Shown here: piece after piece, positions 1-13,266 of the stretch
How positions within the stretch are numbered: position 1 is the first letter of the stretch
Layout of the letters: every line of letters starts with the position of its first letter
Source of the DNA: Balanoglossus misakiensis
Taxonomy: Eukaryota > Animalia > Hemichordata
Assembly (NCBI GenBank): GCA_040954595.2
Contig: CM082581.2
Coordinates: forward strand, 5,634,699 to 5,698,698
Reading direction: 5' to 3'
Length of the DNA: 64,000 nucleotides
The notes under the pieces: generated by a model
Told to the model about the DNA's origin: nothing
Seen by the model: the letters and a program-made list of their open reading frames with translations, nothing else
Database searches by the model: none
Position numbers and translations under genes: made by a program

Positions 1-2726
<2,726 letters not shown>

Positions 2727-5335
2727 GATTCCAGCGCGGATAAATCAATGAACTTAACTTTACGTTATTCTTCGTACCAAAGAGCCATAGTTAGTCCTTT
2801 ATGGTATCAGAAATATTTTTGTTTCACAGTTACACAGCAATGTGAACACTGCTTATTTGAATGAAATTGTTAATGTGGATATCACAGTGTTTAACAAAAT
2901 TCAAATTCATAACCGACGAACTGAAATCAGACTGTGCAATAAAAAAACACGCCTGAAAACTCCGCGAATTCGTGGTATAAGTAGGCAATTTAGACTGGAA
3001 AATGTTGAGCGACGGATTTCATTCGAATTCTAATACAAGTGCGAAGCAATTTTACATTGATCGCGTTCAGTATTACTAAAGTCTGTGGGAACACCAGCCA
3101 CTGTAATACATTGTATTCGTATAATCCTTGTCGACAGTGACAATTTAAGTGTATATTCATACACGGATAAAAGCCATTTAGAACTGTACATTATACTCAA
3201 GTGTTTTGTCATTAACTTCTGAAATCTGATTCTTTGGGTATTATACAGTAAGGGGTGTCATTCAAATACTGGTAGTTTAGTATTGTTTGGGTTTAAGGTA
3301 AAGGCCAACTATAGTACACTTCACAACTTGTGTAAGATTGGGGGCTGGGGACTCGGGCTTGTTATCACATAAATCCATTTAAAATAATGAAAACTTAAGG
3401 ATACTCTTATAGAAAGTATTAATAATTTAATTTCAATAAAGGCTTTAAAATCGGGTAAGCTATTGAGAACGGTATGTGCGCCAAGTACGGTTGGGTTATC
3501 TTGGGCTAGATTCTCTACCATCTGGTAGAATCGAACCCATGCCCTGTGCCTCGAATTTTATGAACTGATGACCAAACGTGTGGTGATATCAAGCCTAACG
3601 CGCCGTTTACTCGTGAAATAACCTACATGTATACATACAACACACCAATGAAATTACCCGAAGGCATGCGTTGTATTAGATTCAAATTGCTGTGCTGGTC
3701 AATCAAAGATTGTGATAATTGAAACCGTCAGATAATGCCAATTGGCTGAAAATACCCCTGCAAGCATATGCACCACAATGACTTACCTGTTTGCTTCTAG
3801 TTTACATCGGTGAATCACATGTGAGGTTCCGTGGATTAATTTTTGCTTCTGTCACAGCTTCTTGTAGAGTTCTGACATCGTCCAGGTCAAGAAACTGGCG
3901 ATTAGTTGAACAAATTGTTTGCCGCAAACTCCTTGTCACGTTTGGAAGAATGTGCTCCTGAACACTGTCCTCTTGGCACTATACTTGAGTCGAAGAAAGC
4001 ATTCGGTGCTCGCTGCTTGTACTTGGCATTTTGGTTTAGGCATGTGTAGTTGCACGCTGACCAGTTCTTTGGCATGGTCCATTTTCAATCTGCGTTGGTA
4101 CTCATACCTATCTCATTGTACGGGTTTGTTGACGCATCGTGAGTTTTCTGGGTTCGGGGCTGAACGAATTCCGCTTCGGACAGCCTCTTCAAGTCGAAAT
4201 TAACGGGTCTTCTTCACGAAGTGCAGCATACTAGGAACTTTGATCGGAAATGGCGACAGCTGGTCTTGGGAAAACGGCGTGGTCACTTTGGATGCCTCCC
4301 AGCCACCACCTCAACGCTGATTGGTGCAGCGTAGACACACAACAGATGCAGCGCTTGCAATATTCACTTGACCTGTATAAATCTCACCGGGTCAGTCACC
4401 CTGCATTGGTGACGCAATAGCGAAACGTCAGTTAATTTGTCTGGCGGGAAAATACATCCTTCACAATTATGAAAATGCTGTCAAACCTGAGATGCACCAG
4501 AATGCAACTATCAAAGTGATGCACAGTACGTTACTAGTAAATTGCCCACTGCAGGCACAGCATGGACATCCTTTCCCCAAAGCCTTTTCGGTTTAACCCG
4601 TTATTTTGAAGCTGAGTTTAACGGGATGGAAGTTGAGTGTGGTCGAACATTAATTCACTATATCCACATGTAGAATAACATAAACGGTGTCTTGTATCAA
4701 ACATAATTAATGGAAAAAGGGCAGCGAGAGAGAGACTTTGTCTCTTTAATGCTGATTCGTCTCGACAAAAGAAAAGTTGAGCAACCATCAAAACTCTTTG
4801 GTCACATGATGCTGATATTGTTTTAATTTAATTTAATTTAATTTTATTTTTGTATGTAAGTTAGTGCACTTTTCAGTATATTTCTTAGCTTTCCTTCCAT
4901 ATATTCCAACGAATTGAACTCAACCGAATCATCCCAAAATTGTACACTTAATTGTTTATGTATTGTACAAGGTTGCCGTTTTGTCTCAGTGTCAAATATG
5001 ACTACACTTTGGGTGATTTCTGCTGAAATTGTGAGTCGACGCTACTAAGCGTCCACGGAGCCCGCTCAAAAATGAGGTCGACTGTGTTTTGACTACAGCC
5101 AGGAAGTCAAACCTGTCCAGTAGTGTATGACGTCGTGACAACCTTTACGCCGTTGCCTGACCACTATTAGCACTTGCATTGATTTTTTCACTCATATCGA
5201 CGCATGTAATAAACTTGATGAGCTGGATTTCACCTAGTACTACATGTATATGATTATTGAAAAAATGGTTGCCCTCGTTAGAAATAGAAAATCCATAAAT
5301 CAATTTTACTTTTATTTTTGCTGTTCAAGGTAATT

Positions 5336-6058
5336 ATGCGGCAAAGTAGAACTATGAACACTTGGGAAATGAAAGGAAAGGGTGAAGTTAATGTCACAAC
5401 ACAGAGAAAACCATGCGGCGAACGAGAACAAAAAGATAGCAGATGTGATGAGAGTCTGTCAGCTGAGGGAGTATCATCAAGAGCTGGAAAAACAAACGAT
5501 GAAAAAGAAAATGCTTGTGTGATAAGTTGGGGTGGACATGAGCTGAAGGGTGTTGAAGGTCATCATGACAAAGAATCGGTCAGCGCCTCAAGACGCCAAA
5601 GACCTGTAAGGGAAACTATTGCCGAAGTAAAGTCTGCTAAAAACAAAGAAGCTCTGGTCCAGGAAATCATAGATGAACATGAGAAAGGTCCACATACTCA
5701 AGAAAGTACAAGAAAGACACAAGAAAGGATTGATAATTTGTTGGTTGGAGATGATTACCCACCAATTAGTTCCGAAAGGGCACAGTCACCTACACAATGT
5801 TTGGAAAGAAGTCGGCCAAAGACAGCAGCTAGGGCTACCAGAAGTAAGTCAGCATCTCTTGATTGCAAAAAAACTGTGACTGGCACTCTTGAACGTGGTA
5901 GCACAGTGCGAAGATGTCAACTGTGCCGTACGTCTAAACATCTGAGCATGATGCGAGACTGTTCTCACTTCATTTGTTCAATGTGTAAAAAGTTCAGCCG
6001 TGATTGTCACGACTGCTTGCAGTTGTCGTCATCCAAACGAGATACACCAGTCAGCTGA
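5336..6058 (+). CDS. Orphan RING-HC (C3HC4) finger protein with long charged low-complexity N-terminus; C-terminus may continue in another frame to 6339
   Basis: ATG 5336 after a pyrimidine tract; ~240 open codons; C-x2-C-x11-C-x-H-x2-C-x2-C-x6-C-x2-C (CQLCRTSKHLSMMRDCSHFICSMCKKFSRDCHDC); TGA 6056-6058. Confidence 0.65.
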   Translation: MRQSRTMNTWEMKGKGEVNVTTQRKPCGEREQKDSRCDESLSAEGVSSRAGKTNDEKENACVISWGGHELKGVEGHHDKESVSASRRQRPVRETIAEVKSAKNKEALVQEIIDEHEKGPHTQESTRKTQERIDNLLVGDDYPPISSERAQSPTQCLERSRPKTAARATRSKSASLDCKKTVTGTLERGSTVRRCQLCRTSKHLSMMRDCSHFICSMCKKFSRDCHDCLQLSSSKRDTPVS

Positions 6059-6576
6059 AAGTTCAGGCAACATCGCTGCAGCCAACCGGTACAAGAACAT
6101 CAGCAAACCAACCAACATCATACAAAGAAAGACCCCGGTCAGCTACTCCAAATTTCACATCGTCCGGTCAAAGACCTTCGTCGCCATCTGTATCTACATC
6201 TCGTCAAAGGCCGTTCACGCCAAACTTTCGACCGTCCAGCCAGAGAGTGGCTCACTCATCCACAGACCAGACACCCAGGTCCATGCCCCGACAAAAATCA
6301 TCAGAAATTAAGATTGAAGAGGAAACTAGTCAAAAATGAATGATTTAAATTGTAGGAAGAAAGTTCAAAAAATGCGCAATAAGACTGTATGTAGGGAAAG
6401 TGTGTTCAATACTAGTGACTCAACTCTCAATGTTTATAGTGAACAGGTGAGGGTTGATGATGTAGAGTGTGGCTCTTAGCCCTTATACTTTCATCAACTT
6501 TGCTACATAAAAACTCGGAATATGACATTTTAATTCAGTTGTTATACCATTTTATATTATATTTACCACTACCATA

Positions 6577-6670
6577 TACAGTCGAACCTCGATAAGACGA
6601 AACCGCTTACAACGAACGAACAATCATAGTCCCGAATTGGTACCATTGTTTTCTATGGCCGTTCATACCA
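6577..6670. mobile_element. Truncated Tc1/mariner-type MITE end
   Basis: TA followed by CAGTCGAACCTCGATAAGACGAA, a terminus style typical of Tc1/mariner-derived MITEs; no matching second end found. Confidence 0.4.
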
Positions 6671-7376
6671 CTTACCATATACCAAGACAAAAAACAACCT
6701 TATTATTAATTATAAATGGAGACTATTTTTTATTAAAAATCAAGCAGACATTACACATATCTTGTATTAAAATGATGATCTGCCTTATGAAAGCACTGTA
6801 ATGATTGGAAATATTTAACCTATAAGTCACTTGTCTCACGATTATCGCAGAAGTTCAAAATGGACAATTTGTTCAGAGCAACTCCCCTCTCAATGAAAGT
6901 CCAAAACTGAAAAGTGCCATGTGTTGATATCCCAAAAATCAGTACATGTACAAGGTCCTAGTATAACTTTGGTCATGACTATTGAAGATTACACTTATCT
7001 GCATTACCACATGGAATTGTCAAAATCAGTGTCATCAATTAAACTTAAGTACCTAGATACGTTGTATTTTAAGGAACTCTTCAAACAAGTGGCAAAATTG
7101 TGCGGGCCTTGCAGTTTGGGGTTTATGGAAGTTGAGAACTTGATGACTCTAAGCTAAGGCCAAACTCGAAATTCCCTTGTTGAATTGGGCCCAACCCCTA
7201 AACAGACGAATTGAACCTTTGCGACAATCCGAGAGAGTCCCTAATAGGTTCAACGCATACCTATCGTCAGTTCACGAGATCTCAAATTGAGTGCGCACTA
7301 TTAAACATTGAAAAGGGATTTTCCAACGCCGCTTGACTAAAACCACTCGATAGTTGGCAGTTTCCACGGAATTCAG

Positions 7377-7414
7377 GCTCATGAATATTAATAATCTCAT
7401 TAATATTCATGAGC
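7377..7414. repeat. Perfect 16-bp inverted repeat (hairpin) in SEPSECS 3' region
   Basis: GCTCATGAATATTAAT-aatctc-ATTAATATTCATGAGC. Confidence 0.9.
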
Positions 7415-7499
7415 GCGACCACCACTTCGTTTTGGCTCGGCTCAGCGTCATGAATTTCAAAACTTCTGCTTGGTGGAAACGCACAGATTAATTTTACTG

Positions 7500-10400
7500 T
7501 TACGCAGAATCAACATCAGGTTTCTCTATGCCAGCAGCGTCCTCCGTCGCAGTGTCTGTATCGTTGATTGCGTATCCATCTATTTGTTTTTCAATGCTTT
7601 CTGTCGCCGAGTGACTTTTACCACTCTTACTGACGCATTTGCCGAGCACTTTGTCCAGTCTCTTAATGAAAGTGTCAACATCACTCCTTGTCATTCCAAC
7701 GGCGGCTGCAGCGGTCAGATAGGTGCACGGATACTGATCCGTGTGCGCTCCGTAATTCTTGAAGACGTATCCAGCCACCTCTTTGTCCGGACTGTCGTAA
7801 GCCACCACTCTGCAAGAGAGAGAATTCACCAACTTTTTCAGAACACAAGCGTTGTTACTACTGTTAATAGTTCACGCTAGCAAACAAACTTTACAATTTG
7901 TTTAAATGCGACATTTTTAGATGCAAAACAATCAAACGCTTTTGGTACAACAAATTGATGACAGAAGAATGAAATTCATAGCAAGGGCTTTCTATTGATA
8001 TATATAGGTCTTTGGGGAAAGTACCCGTATACTTTGGCAAAGAATTTTTTTTATTATTACCATGTTGTCATGAATCTAGCAAGTTACTTTCAATGAAATG
8101 TTCATAGCCAGTGATTATTATACTATTGGAGATAAAAATAGAGTAGACGATTTTATTATAGACAGCTTTTTCTGTAATGTGGATGTATATGGAAATATTT
8201 GAAGATCTTTTTTACATCAAAGAATGACAATGACAGTTTCTGTTGACACAAGAACACACCACTCCATTAGCATTTAGTGTGTCTCCCTTGCATTGTTGCA
8301 AATAATTATTTTTTTAAAAATTATTGAAAAATTCACTCTTGCAAGGTAAAACTAGGTAAATGTCCCCATGCAAAATTTCAAAATAAGGATTGAAGCACTC
8401 ACCTTGTACCTGACACAAATCTTGTAAACAACATGGAACCCAGTTCAGTCAGCTGCTTGCTGTTGCCATGGAGTTGAGACAATGACAGTGCTAATGATAT
8501 CGTGTTGTTCTTTGTGATCAGCAGTCGTTCTCCGTGTCTGTCTGCTACTTTTGTGATTTCTTCTGATAAATATTTAAACATTTCCTGAAATTATAAAAAA
8601 AATATCTTCATTATGTTACATAGTAGTTTTTAAGTTTTCAGCTTCAATAACAATGAACCCTTTGAACCAGACTCTGATGTCATAGGTCACCAGGGGGTCA
8701 GAGTTCAAAGGGTTGATCGTTGCTCAAGCATACATTTTTGCTAAAATATTTCCTAATTTACTTCCTTGATTGAAGATGTAGAAGAATTGGAATAAAATTA
8801 TTTGAATATTACATTATTGATGGTGTGTGTTTTTATTTTTGCCAAAACAACTTTCGTTTTCAAACATTAAATACAAAAACATACCATAAAATTACAACTG
8901 AAACTTGGTTTACCTTTCTATCGGACAGCATTTTCTTGTAACCTTTGACACCCTGTGACAGTAGCGTGATGAACACATCTAGCGAGGGTGTGGCTGATGC
9001 ACGACCTGTAACCAAGCAACCATGACATCATCAGTTCTGTTAAACATGCGAAGAGTGATTTTTTGTTTCCTAACAATTAATTATGAATCAAAGCATATAT
9101 GATCGTACCTGGATATATTTTGCTGGTTTCTTCCACCAACTCTTTGTTATATCCAGCGATGACCGAACCACCGACTGGCACTTGGAAGTTTTTGTCTGTA
9201 CTCTGTACGAAGACATCCAACCTACCTATCCTGGATGCCTGTCAAAGAACGCAGTGATGTTAGGATAGATGAATACGATTGACACCAAGGGAGGGGAAGA
9301 TTGATCCTACAGGGTGAAACGGAAATACCTGCCCCTCCCCTTATAATTAATGGTAATTCCCTTCCATTGATTCTATTGTGCACATTAACTTCAGCACCAA
9401 CACCAAACACTTGTACCGGCTCAGTGTATAAATTTTGCAATCTTTGTGTTTAAAAAATTTCAAGTAGCTGTCAGGTTGCCATACATGTAAAAATTTGGAA
9501 GTGATATTCAGTTTGGAAAACAGTGCAATGGGTGTCTTTCTACTGGAGTCAAAACTAAAATTGCATTGACTCTTCTAGTACACACTTGAATGATGTTACA
9601 AGACTGGCGGCCATTAAAGATGGAAATCACATACCTGTTGAATGAGATGCATACACTTTGTTGACTGAAGTCCATAAGCATTATTCACTACATGTGGAAC
9701 ATCATACTTTTTACAAATCACTGCCACCTCTTCTAGTCTAGAAGACAAAATCGGAAACTGTTACATGAATTTTTTTATGATCATCAGTCTTCATAACATG
9801 GGCACATTCGGAAACTGTTACATGAATTTTTTTATGATCATCAGTCTTCATAACATGGGCACATTTAATGAAAGTGTAGAAATGAGACAAGAATCGATGC
9901 AGCCTTCATAATACTGAACAACTGGTATTTTCATATTTTTGGAAGTCTATGGTCTATAGACGTCTATGATCTATGAATTATATTTATCAGTTGGCTATTT
10001 GATGGTTCCTCTTTCCTGGTGACAGACTGAGTTCAAAACGTTTCCAAAAACCTGAAACAGGAACATTTTTAATACTCTGTGGAAATACATCGTAGACACC
10101 AGTGCAAACATAGCTGTATTTATTCTTCAGAAAATCAATAAACTGATTATCAGCGATGATACCAGTAACAAAATTGACTGGGTCAGAGAACTTTGACTTT
10201 TGACCTAACACATTCACAATAAATTAGCCCCAGTTGCTACGGATACGTACGTACCTGTCAGGTGCTCTGGGAGCAAAACAACTTGTAGTACAACAAATGC
10301 ATAAAATATTTTTGGCACCAAGTTCTTGAATTTTCTTTTCGATTTGAACAAGGTCAGTCCGAAGTTCATCGCCTTCCAGCACATTTTCAATGACAACCGG

Positions 10401-12324
10401 TGTAAAACCTGTCACGAAAAGAGTAATACATGTACATGTAGTCGTAATACAAATAAATTTGGGCCACTGCCAATTTTTATTAAGGGCAAAGGGTGTATCA
10501 TTTCAGAAAGTGGTTCTTGGTGACTTCTTATAGTTCTGGACACTAGCCTGCATTAGTAATGTGACATACTGGCCATAGAGGGCGCACTGCGACGGTGGTA
10601 TACATGTATGTGTAATGTATCTCACATTAACTGTCCTGTAAGCCAGGGATAATGCCAGGCTTACAGGACGTTCTTAGCTCTTTGTCCTATGTAGCCTAAC
10701 TGATGTATCACTGTTAGTGATATTGCCATCTCCAGTTCTAACCAACACAAAATATCCAACTCAGAAGAAATGAGAATATCAACAGGCACAGGGTAAGACA
10801 CAAGAAAAGCAATCATGGTCATACATGTTACGATGGTTTTACAAGTTACTGCTTCGTGAAAACCACTGATGTTACTAAGGTAGGTGCCGATACCTAAAAC
10901 ATCTAATTTCATGACTGTTGCTTTCTGTTGTCACATACCTGCCGTATTTATTGCCTTAAAGCACGATTTCTGATCAATTCTCGGCCACAGAATGTACTTT
11001 GTGTTCGGTCTGAGATTCCGAAGTGCTAAAAAGCATAGCACAATACTCATCCCCGTTGCCATGGGAACAATAAAACTACTCGTTACAGTTCTGGCCCCTG
11101 AAAATAAAAGATAAAAAAAATACAGTGTCACAGAAGGTAAAGTCCTTTTTTATCAAAAACAAAAACTGCTTAAAGGGGAACACTGGTCCAATGGCATTCA
11201 CTACTGTCATTGTGTTGGTTGCATGTATTGTCAATACATGAAATGACATCTTCTGTCCTGATGGGAAAATCAACATTACCGATAAATTAGATATGTTTAC
11301 TGACTATAACCATACAATGTAACATGTAATCTTACCTGCAATTTTGATTGCATCCGTTACTAAAATATTTGCAAGTTTGTTGATTAAACTGGATCCAGCA
11401 GCTTTGGGTTGAATAGCGGTGACATCACCAGACCTACCAATACCATGGCCCATTCTGCGCATAAAGCAAAAAGTAATAATACACTATGGATGTACACAAA
11501 TAACGTATTAACCATTCTCTCATTCACTCATCAACTTCAAATTGTGTAAAATGTACCTCAATTTCTATAATCTGTCACTATTATTCTGAAATGAGGTATT
11601 GGCATTGTTAATGCATGATATACTGTAAAACGGGAAAGTTTTAGCAAAAGCTAAATTTTCGCGAACTACGCGAGAGCCCAAAAAACTTGCACCACAGGGG
11701 TTGATGACCAGCCTTCCTTACCTATAGTGTCTCCTGGCAACCAAATCCGATGCAAATCTAGCCTCTCTTTCACCGACACCACAGTTGCCATGGAAATTGT
11801 TACTGTCCATCATTGCAAGTTCGTGCAACAGCAGTTCGATGGTGGCATCATCCCATCCCTCCTCGGGCCATCTCCTCTGTACGCAGGAAGACAAATTGAT
11901 ATTACAGGGATTAGAGGTTTATTTCACTGACGAAAACCATGCAATGGATGTATGAGGTATGTGAGCACATCATTGATGGGCCATTTGTAAGTACTATTAT
12001 CTTATTTTCTTTTCACTGGTCTCAATGACACATGTGAGTGTGACCCCCCCCCCCCCCCCCCCATCCACATTGAATGTGCCCTTACAAATGGAAGTTTCAT
12101 CTGCCTGTGGGTAAGAAAACTCGTTCAATTACGGTAAATGACGGATACCGGCTTTGATTACGGAAAAGTTAATCTTACCAATGCATTTGCACTCAATATT
12201 GCATACTTACGTGTTCAATGAACGTTCTTATAACTGTTTCTCTTGCTCGAATGGCCTGGTGGGCTTGCTTCACGTACGAACTCGGTATCAACCTCTCGCA
12301 CTGCGCGAAACTCTCGTCGTTCAT
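7500..12324 (-). CDS. SEPSECS: O-phosphoseryl-tRNA(Sec) selenium transferase (selenocysteine synthase), 10 coding exons, 505 aa
   Basis: Exons 12324-12211, 11876-11722, 11454-11336, 11097-10939, 10408-10255, 9737-9635, 9238-9109, 9005-8914, 8584-8403, 7809-7500 (1518 nt, in frame, all GT-AG). Motifs MNDESF...[81 protein letters not shown] (PLP lysine), [23 protein letters not shown]. Confidence 0.98.
9751..9865. repeat. Perfect 57-bp tandem duplication in SEPSECS intron 5
   Basis: tcggaaactgttacatgaattttttta...catgggcacat present twice (units start 9751 and 9808). Confidence 0.93.
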
Positions 12325-12429
12325 TCTCTTATATCAAGTCAAAATTTACCACAGCTATACAGTAGAAATCGCCGAGAAAGTGAAGACGAATCGTCCACAA
12401 AACCGTCACAAATTCACATGTCTTCGTGA

Positions 12430-12720
12430 CCAGTACCAGCTGTACTAAAAAATAACCCGGAAGTGCCCTGCCACAGCCACATAGGGATTCCCCAAATACA
12501 CGTGCGAAAAAAAGTCCCGAGGTAAGTATTATACTTTCACGGTATCACGCGTGATATTTTAAAATTTGATTTCTTTATCTGATAATATATTTAAAAATTA
12601 CTGTAAGGTCCTTTAGTTATCAATTAAAAACGACATAGAATACCTGCGGATGATTCCAAGTCCAGGTTACGTATGTTTACGTACTATTTTTGAGGTCATT
12701 CGACAACCCGGAAGTAGCTG
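12430..12720. promoter_or_regulatory. Bidirectional promoter shared by SEPSECS and TTC1
   Basis: Divergent genes; ETS/GABPA-type CCGGAAGT at 12457 and 12708, GGGATTCCCC at 12484, CACGTG at 12499, and a splice donor GAG|GTAAGT at 12522 consistent with a TTC1 non-coding first exon. Confidence 0.7.
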
Positions 12721-13266
12721 GACATCGAGCGATTCGACGATGGGTCAGTCACAATAGTGTTTCATCAACGATAGTGTCATCTATTTGTAGTTTACGAAGC
12801 TGTCCGGAGTTTCTAAATAACGTGTACGGTTTACGGTATGTTTGTTCAGGTCTATACGTCAGGTTTTGTTCGTCAGAAACTTTATCGATTCTTTAACAAT
12901 GGATAATTGAGCTATTGGATGCATGTTGCAATGGACATTGTCAGCTGCTATGATTGTCGCTGGTGCCACTCGGTTGATGATGCTCTCCGCAGCACTAGCA
13001 ACTAGCAGCACCCGCTACAATTATTGCAGCTAGGATACATTCGATGCTCGATCAAATGAAGGTAGAAGCTCCTACCTCCATAACAGATGAATGGGTTGAT
13101 GATGATGTAACGTAACTGTGGTACGTGTGATGGTGTTATTCTACATACGACATTCTGCACGCACGAAATGATAAAAAAATGCAGATGTTGCACTTTACTA
13201 ACTTGTTGAAGGGTGGGCTTTATTTACAGCCAGTCGGTGGAGGAACATCTCGATAGGTCGGTAACC

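Noticed and set aside
3500-3560. tRNA or SINE from a B-box-like GGTTCGATTC on the minus strand
   Set aside because: No cloverleaf or correctly spaced A box; no tRNA-Sec was found near SEPSECS.
7400-7455. Canonical SECIS element in the SEPSECS 3'UTR
   Set aside because: The AUGA/GA core is out of register with the helix by 2 nt, Watson-Crick alternatives dominate, and the SEPSECS CDS has no in-frame TGA.
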